A program made the translations under genes and the position numbers. This document shows, piece by piece, positions 1-13,245 of a stretch of DNA of 64,000 bases. Below the pieces are notes generated by a model. It saw nothing but the letters and a program-made list of their open reading frames with translations. It was not told the DNA's origin and ran no database searches. The stretch covers positions 8,432,001-8,496,000 of the forward strand of contig CDPCPM010000026.1 of NCBI GenBank assembly GCA_976551045.1. Direction: 5' to 3'. Each line of letters starts with the position of its first letter. The first letter of the stretch is position 1. Source of the stretch: Glaucostegus cemiculus. Lineage: Eukaryota.

Positions 1-644
1 CCAGGATCACATCTCCCTTCCAACCTGTAACTCATCCCAACTAGCACCATTTAAGCAGTTCATCAGCTACTGACGGGCAAGATTCTGGTAGGTTTCCCCT
101 TGCTATCTCTGTGATTCAGTGAGTGTCTGTTGCTTCCGTTCATGTTTCCGAAGTCTTCAGCAGAAAATGAAAGCGGCTATTCTAGCAGATGCTGAAGTAT
201 GTTGGATGCTAATCAGACTTCCACATAAACAAATTTCTATCTGACATGGATACCTTTGTAATCATTCCTCTCTCATTCTTCCCCTGGGACAATATTTAAA
301 GGCCACACAGAGGAGGAGAAACTGGTGACAACAGGAGGAGGAGAACAGGGGAGGTTTTCAGCAGGAGGCTGTATCCACCCTACCCGAACCTAGGTGACGA
401 ACAAAGTAGCAGATGTCTGTATTTCCTTATCTACCACCTGTTGTAACCACAATCACAGGATAAGAATGTATTGTCAGTGCTTCTGTAGGTGTCTCTTGAC
501 AATGAATATTATGCACCTGCCTCCTTCCAGAATGATGGATTTATTTGCGGTGTCTTGCATTTTGCCATCCAGTGTTACACAGGGGAAGTCACTGAGGCTC
601 TCTATTCAAAGAGACCTATCTGCATCATGGTAGAGCGGCAGACC

Positions 645-1685
645 TGAATTACATGGACTTTAATGAGGCTTTTGACAAAGTCGTGCATGGTAGGCTGCTC
701 CAGAAGGTTAAGGCACAAGGGATTCAAGGCACCTTGGCAAACTGGATCCAAAATTGCCTTCATTAAATGGAGGCAGAGGGCAGTGGTGGATTTTTTTCCA
801 ACTGGAAGTCTGTAACAAGTGATATACCACAGGGATCAGTGCTGGGAACTTTGTTGTGTGTGATATATATAAATTACTTGGATAAGAACTCATTTAAATA
901 TATTGAAAACAACAAAGCTGTGGCAGATAAAATTTAATCTTGACAATTATGAGGTAGTACTCTTCGGTGGGTCAGTTGAATTCTGGAAGGATATGTGTGG
1001 TAGGGCGCTTAGACTGGTAGGGATCTTAGGAGTATTGATGTACAGAGAGACCTTGGAGTGAAAGTCCACAACTCCCTGAAGATTGAGAGACGGGTTAATC
1101 GGGTAGTGAAGAAGGCATTTGCTATGCTTGCCTTCACAGGCTGAGGCACCGAGTCTAAGGGTTGGGACGTCATATTGCAGCTTTACAAAACACTGGTTAG
1201 ATCACACTTGGCATATTGTTCTGGTTTCCGTGCTACAGGAAGGATGTGGTGGCAATAGAGAGAGTGCAGAAGAGATTTGCTGGAATGTAGCTTGAAGAGA
1301 AATAGGATAGGCCGTGTTTATCCTCACTGGAATGCAGGACGGATGACCTTGGAGGTTTACAAAATTTTGAGGAACATCAATAGGAAAGATAGTATTTTTC
1401 CCAGGATGGGAGAATCTTGAACTAGAGAGCACAAGTTGAAGGTGAGAGAAGTTTGAAAGAGATCTGAGATGCGAATTTTTCCACCACAGAGGTGGTGGTT
1501 CTCTGGAATGAGCTGCCAGTGGAGATGGTCGAAGCAGGTGCAGTTACAGCAGTTAAAAGGTAGTTGGATAGGGAGGCACAGAGGGAATTGGGCCTAATGC
1601 AAGCACATGGGAATAGTGTAGATCTATAACGTGGTTGCCATGGATTAGGTGGGTCGAGAAGGCCTGTTTCTGTGCTGCACGATCC
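645..1685 (+). mobile_element. Degenerate CR1-type LINE, 3' part (RT domain to 3' UTR)
   Basis: tacatggactttaatgaggcttttgacaaagtcgtgcatggtaggctg gives YMDFNEAFDKVVHGRL; ccacagggatcagtgctggga gives PQGSVLG; 3' end gaaggcctgtttctgtgctg; frames broken. Confidence 0.85.
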
Positions 1686-2520
1686 TACAATTTTCTGTGA
1701 TTACATTTAGTTTTGCTGGGGGTCATGTGGCTCTCTGAGGACAGTGGGCTGTGCTCTGGTACAGTTTTGCACAGGTTGCATTCTGTCCCGTGTGTGTGCC
1801 TCATGTTAACTCTGCCTCATCCCGAGTGTTCAGATGGTGATGGAACATAAACAATGAATCATTCAGATTAATGCCCAGTGTATCCATCTGCAGTCCCGAT
1901 GCCTTTTTATTCAGTGATGGTTTATGGAGCCAACTGCTTTTGAACCACAGTGGCAACCAAAGAGTGGTTAGTGATCAGTCAGGGTTATCTACCAACTCTA
2001 GTGTCTAACCTGTTCACATTTGGCAGCGTGCATACAATGAAAACCACGGGCCGTAGAGAGTGGATTTGAACAATCTATTGTAACGAAGCCTCCACCACCT
2101 GGGGGAGGAGTCTGCAACACTCAACACAGTGGGCTTTTGGATTTGTGGTGATCTGCACAACCTCGGTAGTGTGAATCCACAGGCTGTGTGGTGAGCAGCT
2201 GAGAAGAAGGAGGAGGAGGATAAAGTGGAGAAGTAGCACAGGTGGATGCAAGCAAGGTGTTCGCTTCCATGCAGACTTTGTGAAGAACTCATTCCAGCAA
2301 CTGCAACCCCAAGTCTCTGCTCTCCAACAGTCCCCATACCTACCAGCTCTCATGGTACCGTTCTATTTTTGCAAGATCAATGACACAAAGTAGAAGTTTG
2401 AGCTGCGTGGCTGCATCTGTTAGGTGGTTGCAGCTTGTGCAGCAATAGAGGCCATCACTTGCTGCATCATGGTTGGATTCATGAGTCCATGAACAGTGAT
2501 GTCCCTCACTTCCACCCTGT

Positions 2521-2826
2521 AAAGATAAGATGAGAGATTTATTTATTAGTCATATGTACATCGAAACACACAGTGAAATGCATCTTTCTGTATTACTGAG
2601 AGTGTGCTGGGGGCAGCCCGCAAGGGTCACCACTCTTCCGGTGCCAACATATCATGCCCACAGCTCCTAATCTGTACATCTTTGGAATGTGGGACAAAAA
2701 CGGAGCACCCGGAGGAAACCTATGCAAACACACAGAGAATGTACAAACACTTCACAGCGGTAGGAATTGAACCCAGGTCGCTGGCGCTGTAATAGCATTA
2801 TGCTCACCACTACACTACCGTGCCCC
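2521..2826 (-). mobile_element. tRNA-derived V-SINE (HE1-like)
   Basis: Reverse-complement V-domain core (tgtgggacaaaaacggagcacccggaggaaacc), B-box-like ggaattgaaccc, and tail gatttatttattagtcatatgtacatcgaaacacacagtgaaatgcatc. Confidence 0.8.
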
Positions 2827-3441
2827 CTCTATGTTGGTGCCAGACCACTCCAAGCACCTTGATATTGAAAGCAAGCTTCCTGACAAACTTAAAAATGTAT
2901 TGGGCATCTTATTGTGCATATCCACCAACCACTTTCTGGAGACTGGTCCATCAAGTACTCAACAGCCAATGTTCTCTCTTGCTTGCACAAATCCACTTCC
3001 AATAACTTGGGAAGCTTGATGCCAACCAACACAAAACAACCTGTAGTAAGATCAGAAAAGCAGTCCTTTTCCATACAAATATATAAACATGGTCTGCTGT
3101 TCCTTGGGAATGGGAATGAATACTGAGTGATAGAGATTTTCAAGACTACCAGCTGATTGCAACTAGAGCTATGCTTCAAGTGCAGATGAAGTGCAGATCA
3201 GCTATGTTTACGTTTACAAATTTGAAAGATTCCTGTGGCCCCTCTGAATTTATTTCACCTTATCTTCTACAAGTGAAAGGCATCATTACAGTATTTTTCA
3301 CATAAATATGCAGGATGGGCTTATTGCATGATGTGGACTATACTCCTGGTGCCACATGTTATGGATGCATAATCTTATTCTCCTTTCCCTTTTGTACTGT
3401 TGCTATGGTCCGGGTGTGCAGATATCCTGAGAAATCTTATT

Positions 3442-3705
3442 GTAGTGTAGCAGTTTGCATAACGCTTTACAGTGCTAGCGATTCCATTCCAATTCCGGCT
3501 GCTGTCTGTAAGGCGTTCGTATGTTCTCCCCATGTCTGCGTGGGTTTCCTCCGGGTGCTCCAGTTTCCTCCCACATTCCAAAGATGTACAGGTTAGGAAG
3601 TTCTGGGCATGCTCTGTTGGTGCCGGAGGTGTGAACCCTCTACGAAAAAGATGCATTTCACTGTGTGTTTTGATGTACATGTGACTAAAAGATTTTATCT
3701 TATCT
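3442..3705 (+). mobile_element. tRNA-derived V-SINE, same family as 2521-2826
   Basis: Head gtagtgtagcagtttgcataacgctttacagtgctagcga; core gtgggtttcctccgggtgctccagtttcctcccacattccaaaga; tail gatgcatttcactgtgtgttttgatgtacatgtgactaa. Confidence 0.85.
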
Positions 3706-6314
3706 TTTGATGTCAAAGACTGGCTACTTTGGTAGATGCTGCCATCTTCCAGAAGTGTTAGTCAGTCAGCCTCCATGTTTCCAGCAAAGGCATTAGTCAT
3801 CTGATCAGCTGTCTGACCCTGTGGTTCTGCAGGTAGGCAGCTGTTGAGTCTTTTTGGAGACTGCAAGTACCTTTTGTAAGGATTTGCTGCATTCCATAGA
3901 GATCTCTGAATTTAATTAATCTGTGGAGCTTCCAAATATATTGAAGCTGAGTGTAATCTACAGCTTGGGCTCTGACATCACCAACTAAAGTATTCCTGGG
4001 TGCTGCTCAATTATCCTCACCTAATGAGTGTTTAAGACTCCCTATCTTATCCTCAGGCAGCTTTAAATATTTTATAGCCAGTTTTATTTGGCATAGTCTT
4101 GACCTGGCGTGCTCCCCTTTGAACTGACAGGGTGACGTCCTGAATTCTTGTCCTGTAGCCAGGCAGACACAGTTGCATATCACTATAGCAGCCAGCCCAG
4201 CTCCCAGGGCTCTGGTGATCCCATACATGGATTTGAGGACAAGGTCAGGAGCATTAGCAGAAATCCCACTTAGTGTCACTTGGTTGGGTCTGCAGAATTA
4301 CCACCTCTTTGCCTTGAGTTCAGGTAGGACCAATTTTTGTAACTGGAAGATTGCAGTAACAAAAGCTTGATTTCATTATATTTATTGTGCAATTAATTGT
4401 TCTTCATAGAACAACATTGCCAGTGGGTTCAGGTTTTATGTGTACTCCACTGGGTAATAACTTGTATCTGAGAAATATAACAAAACAACCATTACAGTAA
4501 ATTACTTTTAATTACGACACAGTAACAGAGCACCAGTCATAGACACAATCTACAAATTAAGTTGTATGTATCTTCAGAAATCATTGAACTAAACAGTGGT
4601 AGGATTTGCCAGTGGTTTGTTGAGTTTCTGTGGAGTAGCTGAGCCTTTGCAGCTCTGTGCTGATGTCAGCAGTGATCACAGTTGGAGAACTACAGGTGGC
4701 CTTGTTGTGCCCAGGTTAGGCTGGAAAAGATCAGTCAGCCTTTCGCCTCTGGTTCACCATCTAACAACCCTGCCTGAATGTGCACATGCACGGTGGCTTG
4801 AGAGATCACTGAAGCAACCTTTTGAAGTTGACTGCAATCAAAAGGGAAAAAGTCACTGCCAATTGTGATTTATATAATGCCAGTGTTCACTCAGACAAAA
4901 TGCTGGACTTTTGCTGGAATATGACACCAGTTAGAGTTAACAACTTTCAGAGAGAAAGGGAAAGGGTGAGATGGGATGGAGAATTGGTTGAAAAACAACA
5001 ACTATTCAATGTTGTTGCCGCATTAAATTTTGCTTGGGAACAATATTGTGGTTTTAACAGAAACAAAAGTGAAGGTTCGGGATCTTTGGTTGTGTCTCCA
5101 AATTACCAAACTGATACAATAATAATACAAATATTACTTGTAAGATTTAACAGTAATGACTAGTGCAGCTTAAATTGTGAAGGAACAATGGTTGCAATTT
5201 GGTGCCAGAAGTTCCTATACAATATATCGCAATGTGTATTGCTGATGATCATTTGTGTTAGTAAACACTTGTCAAAGCTGTTCTTTAACCAACTGTTCAG
5301 ACTCTGTCCAGATTTAGCTGTATTCATTTATGGTGCGGGACATTATGGAAACAAAACTTTGTTCTTCAGTTTGTATTTTTTTTGGGATGCTGAAATTTTT
5401 GAATCACTTCTGACATGGTCCAGGTCCAGGTGCATCTGCACACAATTGTGGTGCATGTGAAGCGGCAAGTCATTTTTTATGAAACTGTTCATGCAAAGCA
5501 GCTGAAATTAGAGAGTGTTGGCAAATCATAACAAGAATCAGAGTGTAATATATGATGGCACGTTTCTGAGCGTGTATGGCAATAAGCTGAGTTTGTAGGG
5601 TGGCAACTTGAGCTTCCACTGCTGTGGCATCTGCTCATGCTACAGTGCTAGCTGATTGCTCAATCAATGATGCATAATAGTTTGGCCCACAAGTGTGCTT
5701 GTGAAATTGCTCACCACCCAAGGCTAATGTGGACATCTTCATAGTCTGGATTAAGTTTGAACATGATTGAATCAGGGTTGTATGTCTGAATAAGAAGGCA
5801 TGAGGTGAGAATTTGCCTAAATACATGCAAAAATTATGATAGTGAACCAGCAAGAGGTAACATAGTTTGCAGGTAATGTATATCCCCTTCAAGGCAAAAA
5901 AAAGCACAACAGAAAACATGGTCCAGACATGCCTATCAAGACAAGATAAAGAAAATATTAGATCAAAGGAAAGGGCATGGAACATTGCCAAATAAAGCTG
6001 TAATTCTCATTGGGAAAACATCAGAATTCAGCAAAGGAAGACCAAGCAATTAGGGGGGAAAAAAACAGGGAGAGCAAAATATAAGAATAGATGAGTGAGA
6101 AACTGCCTTGGTTGAAAATTCTTGTGTGGAGAAGCTGTGAGACTTAGAGGAGTGTTCAGCACATGAGAGATGAATCTTTGGTGAGTATGAGTCCTGATTT
6201 GACAGACGTTGTTATGGGGTTGGGGGGGGTTGAAGAGATGGTGGAATATAAAGAGAGCATCTGAGGATAGCTGTGCAGTTGGTGAAGATGATTTCACTGA
6301 CACTGAGGTTGTCA

Positions 6315-6830
6315 GCGAAACATTAAACATTTGTGGTGCTCAGTCCAGATCCATGAGGTTTGGCTCTTGCCATTTCTCACTGTGATTGCATTTTCTACCT
6401 AAGGTTGTGTGGAAAACTGCTTGGCCCTTATGGGTAGATCTTCTTTGCTTCCTCCATCAAAACCCTCAGGTGCAGCAAGGAAAAATCATGATGTCTACTA
6501 CCTCCCAGCTAATACCACTCTTCAGTGCCTTTCAAGTCAGCAGAAGTTCCAGCTACCTAGTGCATCCCAAAGAGGTGCAGGATGGCTTTCACCAGAGCAA
6601 AACAGCTTTTAAGTGCCATGCACTCTGAATATTGGCCCCTTGCTGAGGCTTGTTGTTGTTTCGGAAGGTTGATGCTGGCTGCACACATCAGTTAGCAGGC
6701 AGGATCAAGTTGGTGTCTGTCTGCACTAGAAACTGGTTTAATCATGTACTATGATCCTTGCTCCTGGTTTTACAGTCCATATAATTCACCCCCAGGTGTT
6801 TGATCCCCAAGAAGCCCTTCCTTGTGTTGA
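6315..6830 (+). mobile_element. Possible highly decayed L1/Tx1 ORF2 endonuclease fragment
   Basis: acattaaacatttgtggtgctcag gives TLNICGAQ (APE N-terminal-like), followed by a GRLML-like segment; weak evidence. Confidence 0.3.
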
Positions 6831-9589
6831 AAGACTCTATTTTACTTCAATTAGCGAATTTTAAGTTTCACACACGAAGTAATAGGAATGGTAGTGCGTT
6901 CGAGCTTATCTTTTAAATGCCAGTTTTGGAACACTATGTGATGTCTCCTGCAATCCACCGTTAAATTAATCAATGAAATGACAGATATTTGATTAAAGGA
7001 AACAACAAATTATTATTCCTATTTATTAAAGTTTATGCCACAATATTTGCAGTAAATTAAAGATTTCAAAGTGCCACTAATTTTAACCATTTCCAAAGTT
7101 TTAAACAAATTCATAAAAATAGAGAATAAGGTATGTATTATTTAAAAATATTCAAGGAAGCATTGTTGCTTTCTGATCCAGTTAAACATTTACTACTTAC
7201 AGTTTCAAGGCAAGCTTAATGGTGCTACTTCCTGGTTGAATGTACATTCGGTGCATTGAACAAGTCATGTATAAGGTCACAATGAACAGGGCGTAAATCA
7301 TTCAACTGACATCTTGTGGTTAGTATGTGCTGCGACAGTACATTGCTCAATTAATAACTAAAGATTAGATTTTGCCCTTAGAACCAATATCTGTCCTTAA
7401 ATTGTAGAAAAAATGAACTTGCCTAAATACAATGAATTTGTGTCACTTTTTCATTAAAAATTTCAAAGGGAATTAGCCATCATTTGGAAGTCCATAATAA
7501 TCCTGCTTGAACAACCTAAGTTGACGTATCCATTGCTGATGGAGATTCATCAAGAAGTTTTGGTCTGTGCAAAGCTCAGAAGAAATTGTTGCAGATTTTT
7601 TATTCTAATCTACATGCAAAATATACTAGATTGGGTGCTCCTAATCTTCAATACTAACTCTGGATGATTTTTCAAAGTCATGTTTAACTGTAGGCAGTGT
7701 AGGTGCCAACATGCCCACTGGTGAATTCTTGAACACCTTCCAGAGGCACGAAGGCAGGGAAGGGCAATAACACTTGCTTATTGACCCACCCACCGTCAGC
7801 CCAATACCAAATGCCTACATGTACCCTCCCCGCAACTGTCTGACTACCCCAGCTCCTAGCTGCCTGATGAGGACCTTGAATTTCCATTCACCTGTCTGGC
7901 TGACCCCCAGCTCAATTCTTTGTTACACTGTTCCTAGGGATTTAGAGCCCAGCTGATTTCTTTCATCAGAACCTCAGGCTTTGTCTTGTTTCAATATGCT
8001 TTTTTAGCTCTATGTAGTTCTGTCGTACAATGTTCTGTCTTCTACTGTTAGAGGGCAAGCTTTTGTGAATGGCTATTGAAAAGCTAAGTGAGTATGTCAG
8101 AGTCTTGTGAATATACTGCATGCGCTGTGAGCTGGAGAAGTAAGACAGCTTGAGATCGTGTAGTGAGAACCAGGTGTGTGTTAAAAGATAGAGGATGGAG
8201 TGCTAGCAGTGGTTGGTGGCTGTGCAGTTGCAAGAAGCAGATGATCTTGGTGCCTAAAATCAAGACAGCAAAGGAAGAGGCTCTTGAAGAGAGGGAGGAA
8301 GATGTCACAGTATTTCCTTATAATATGTATGCACATGTGTTGGCACTGTGCAATATCAATTGGTCTTCTGAAGATGGAGTTAAAACAGCAGTAGAGTTCA
8401 AATCAATAGGATGAACTCCAGAGGCAGAGGACTACATGCTGATGTGACAGAATGGTGAGTTTAGAACTACAAACTGGGTTTGATTTTTTTTCCAGGCAAA
8501 TTTTGGAATTGACTATAAGAAACTAAATTCTACATCAAACCTTTCATGGGGCAGTTAATGATTGCTGGCATGGTGACAGTTCTCGTATTGATATTGCAAG
8601 GGTTTTTTTGCTATTTGCTTATCACTAGTGTGTTAGAAAGGCTGCAGATTACTTTATTTAGCTCTTTGATACCATCAATGGAGTACCTTAAACTTCTGAT
8701 TTGTAAATTTGAATCCAGTCCATTGCCTTTACGTAATGACTTTGCCATGGGTTACTTTGTGTTTTGGACTGTGTAGGAACCAATTCATTCTCTTGGTTAA
8801 TGTGTGGACACAATTGAGAATTAAATTATAGAATTGTCATGGTTTGTACCCACAGTTCAGTAAACAGATTAGAGGATGGATTTGTAGTGATATACTTGAA
8901 GATGTGCAGGCACTGCGATATTCATATTCTTCTGTTATAGACCCCAAAGCAATAATGAAGGTGAAAAGGTCTCTAATAATCTAATGCTTCCTTATTCATT
9001 GTTTACTAGGTATTCAAAAGAAAACTAGGATTTATTACATTATCAAATGAAGACTGTTTCTTGGGAAACCTGGTATTATGGTGAACATTTTGCTGGCAGA
9101 ATTTCTCTGTGCAATTGTTGTTGTTAAGTTTTAGGACTCCTGGGTAAATGTGGATGTCCTGAAGTTCTGGTTGAGTTTCACCAACAATTTTCCCTCCATA
9201 ATAAAGTAATGGAGCAGGAACCCGTTGAGATTTCCCAGCATTTACTCAGGAGAATGTGTTCACAAATCCTGTGCTAAGCCAGGGCTGGCACAGGATCAAA
9301 GTTCCCATGCATTTGGATGGGGATAGAGGGCTGCCGAGAGGAAAGGAGGGAAAAAAGGTATGATGCTTTCCATGAAATTATTTTTATTTTGATTAATAAA
9401 TTTGAGGCCAATGCTTGGGGAGGGGCTTTGCAGTTGTCAAAGTCTTCCAGAGGATTTTTGTGGATGGTATTTTAACTGGCCCACTATATCATCCAGTTGT
9501 CTCACTTGAGGCCATACCACTACTCGGCCCTTGTCACCAGGCTCCAGCATCATCTGGGTAGGTTAGATTGAAAGAGTCAGCTTCCTGAG

Positions 9590-10460
9590 TGGATCAGAAA
9601 TGGAAAACTGGAAGAAATCTGCGGGTTAAACAGCATCTGTGGAGACATAGGGTGCAAGTCAATGTTTCTTTTCAAGACCCTGCATTGGGACTGAGAGGGA
9701 ATAGGAAAGACTGCCAGTGCATAGCAATATGTATGGGTTGGCCAGGAGGTGGTGTAGTTGTGGGATCGAGGCTGGTTGGTGATAGATAGAACCAGATAGG
9801 GAGGGGATGATGGGTACATGGAACCATTTGGTGAAGGAAGGGTGGGAAGAGGATATGAGGTGAACAAAGGGAAAAGAAAACAAGGTGGAAGGGTAAGTGT
9901 GTGGGGGAGGTGAACACGAGGGGTGTGCGTTACCTGAAATTAGAAAATTCAATATTGACACCATTGGTTTGTAAGCTATCCAAGTGGAATATGTAATGTT
10001 ATTCTTCTAATTCACATTTGGCATCTCCATTGTAGTGGAGAAGGGCCAAGAACAGACGGGTCAGTGTGGGAATGGGAAGGATAGTTAAAATGGCATGCAA
10101 CTGGAAACTCAAGATGGGTGTTGTGGAGGGAGTGTAGGTGCTCTACGAAACAGTTACCTAGTCTACACTTGGTTTCACCAATGTTGAGAAGGCCACATCG
10201 CAAGCTCCAATTGCAGTAGACCAGGTTGGAGGAGAACCTCTGCCTCACCTGGAAGGGCTGTTTAGGTCCTTTGATGGTGGTGAGGGGGGGTGGTGAAAGG
10301 ATGGGGTGCTTCACCTCCTTGTGTTGCAGGTGAAAATGCCAGGAGACAGGTGGGTGAGGAGGATAAGCAGACCAGAGAGTCCCAAAGAGTGTGATCGCTG
10401 TGGAAAGCAGAAAGGGTAGAGAGAGGGGAAGATATGACTGGTGGTGAGATTGCTTTGGAT
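9590..10460 (-). mobile_element. Penelope-like retroelement remnant (GIY-YIG endonuclease plus terminal repeat)
   Basis: Minus ORF 10012-10470 contains GPKQPFQVRQRFSSNLVYC...CGLLNIGETKCRLGNCFVEHL...PVACHFN, a GIY-YIG/PLE signature; purine-rich terminal region to about 9600. Confidence 0.82.
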
Positions 10461-12993
10461 CTGGCTCCACTCAGGGAAAATCAAGCCAATAAAAAAGGAG
10501 TCAGGAGCATGAGCTTCACAACGCGCTTTCTTGTGGAATGTGTTGATATCACTGTCAGTACCTCTGCTAGGTACAAAAGGTGGCTTTAAACTGCGTAAAG
10601 CTATTCCATGAAGTTTCACAATATATAGTAACATAATCACATAATGGCTTATATTTGCTTAGGTTTCATGTCTGTAGTTATGGCACCATGCTGCCTTGTG
10701 ATCACTCTTTGTTCTCTACACAAATGATTCCTCAGTACAGTCTGATCGCACACCTTCTGAACACATGCTTTAAAAGTAGCACCAGCTTTTCACTAAGTGC
10801 CTCTTCACTAAGTTTTGAAATTAAGCTGTATATAATTTTCAACAAATGTTAATTGGTTGTGGTATTTTACTTTAAACCATAACAATAGTCAGATGATTTA
10901 TCCCTGTAACATTCTGTTCAGCTTCAAAATCTTTACAGTCAAGTGCAGTAAATAGATTCAGTGACAGATTAATACTGATTATGGGGCCATTCTGGGTTCC
11001 AGATCTTAAACCAAATGTAATATTTCATTTTGGTACAGGCACATTTGTAAAGTGCTAATACTTTGCAAAATAATAATTGTCATCCATGTATCAGCAAGAC
11101 CCATCTGTGCTGTTTCAAAAAACCATCAGAGTCTAATGTCTAAGGTGCATGCTCTTGTCTCTACATTATTAATTTAGAGCAATTAAACTTTAATCACAAA
11201 CAAATGTTTTCAAGCGCAGACTTAAACAAGCCAAGCAGTTATTTTTATCTGAAGTGACACTAATAGAAGCTACGCTGTGCTGATATTTCTAGCATGCTCA
11301 CAGTGACACTATTATCTGGCACCTTATCTTTTTTTGGTTTAAGGGAAATAATGACAGCTGATGGCTTCTGTAGGCATGCAGTTCTCAGTGACTTTTAGAT
11401 GCTTTCAAGAGCGTTATTAATTTCATATTATCATTAACATTTTGAGCAGTGATTATGTTTAGCAGGAGATAAACATTGCCCAGTATTTATAAGAGCAGCA
11501 CAAACACAGTGAGCAGTAAATTAAATTGTATTCCGAGTGTGGATTATGTCTGAAGGCTGTGCAAATTTGCACAATGTATTGTCCAGAAAAGTACGATTTT
11601 CCACATTTGAATGACGGCAATATTTTAATGAATGTACCAAACACCATCATCTACAGGTTCCCCTCCAGTCTGCAAAGTCTAAATCCTGCAAAACTAGCAA
11701 TATTTTCAAAAGATGGCTCTCACATTATTGAGGGCAATAAGGGAAAGCTGATTTTGCCAGAGGTGTCCTCATTCTAAAAAAATAAATTAAACAAATCTTG
11801 TTACTTCTAAGTTGATAGCTGTCTATCACAAAGTCAACCTTTTTCACCTCTCATTGCTGTGCTTAGCTTCATCAGTACCTGGACTTGCCATTCGAACACA
11901 GTTCCATACCCAAGGCACGACCAAACCTTTGATTACTCCAGTCCCCATACTAATAATTACCTTAAATTACACAAACCGTTTAGCTAAAACTCTACTGTTG
12001 ATGTACACCCAGAACCAAGTCCCATTCAACCAATTCCTCAGTTTTTGCAGACCTAAATTGGCTCTTGCTCTTCCTTTATCACAGAGTTGATATTTTTATC
12101 CTTGTGTTCAAATCCCTCTGCAGTTTCACTGTCCCTGTACACTTCTTCAACACTATTTCCTACCTTGCCCTCTGTTTCCCTGCCTCTGCTCCCTTGTGCA
12201 TCCTTCCCCCTTTCTTAATAAGTTTAATCACTTAGACCCATTTATTCCTTGCAAAGCTGCACAATAACATCAACTTCAGTGCGCATTGCCATGGTTTCAT
12301 CTAATGGAATCGTACCATTGTTTGCTTTGGTGCCTCGTGAATAGCGAGTAGCTTTCAGTAGCAGTGAACTCGAGTGACCAGGCTTAGTAAGTATATGACA
12401 TGACAAAGGAGCTGTTACATTTGGTTGCATAAAGAACAGCTGCAATCATATATCAGCATTGCTAATCACTGTAGGTAGAAGGTGAGTCACCAATCATACA
12501 AGTAAATTTCACAGGACCATTTTGTCAACTTCCAGAGTAAGGTCAGTGGTGTGTATTGAATTAAGCTACAAATGGCTCATGTAATTGTTGAGCTGATTTG
12601 GTAGCCATTGGAATGTAGTGTTTGTAGTGCACTTGTTCATTCAAAAGCCTTGATAACCCAAGATTTTGTGGGATGGTTTCACTTATAACAGGAACATAAA
12701 GCTGAAAATAAGGAATCCTCTGCATTTTAGTTGTCTAAGTAGATCACTTGTTGGCAGATAAACAGTTATCATTTTGTTGAAGTTAAATTCTGAACTGTGT
12801 TAAGTCTCACTTCAGACTGATACATTTTGATGCACATTCTGATGGTGATTAAAAACTTTCACACTTTACTAATTAAACATGCTAGTAGGTTGGAAATGTA
12901 AACATTTACTTGAGAAAAGATGTCATAATTCAGCTCTGTTTTATGTTTGTTCCGTATTGCATGCTGATTGTTTGTAATCTGTTCTCTCTTCAG

Positions 12994-13245
12994 ACATTCC
13001 ACACTCCAAGCCTTGGGGATGAAGAATTTGAGATTCCCCCCATAACCCCCCCACCAGAAACAGAACCCACCCTGGGACTTACAGACATGGTGTCAGCTTT
13101 CCAAGGCCTTAATGATGCATTGCCCTCACAAGAGAATGAATTCGCACCTCACTTTCCCCCACAGAGCCTGGATCTGCCTTCCATCACAATATCCAGGAGT
13201 ATTATGGACCAAGATGGTGGAATGCTCAGCAATGGTTTGACTGTG
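12994..13245 (+). CDS. TOX3: TOX3 internal coding exon (N-terminal acidic/Pro-rich region, [22 protein letters not shown]...SNGLTV)
   Basis: Acceptor ttctctcttCAG ends at 12993; donor GTG|gtgggt at 13246; 252 nt, phase 0/0. [19 protein letters not shown] and [15 protein letters not shown] are TOX-family motifs. Confidence 0.93.

Noticed and set aside
1-12993. Search for the first TOX3 exons (MDVRFYP..., FGNNNNYM...)
   Set aside because: No matching peptide found by eye or in the ORF track; they probably lie upstream, though a short exon could have been missed.
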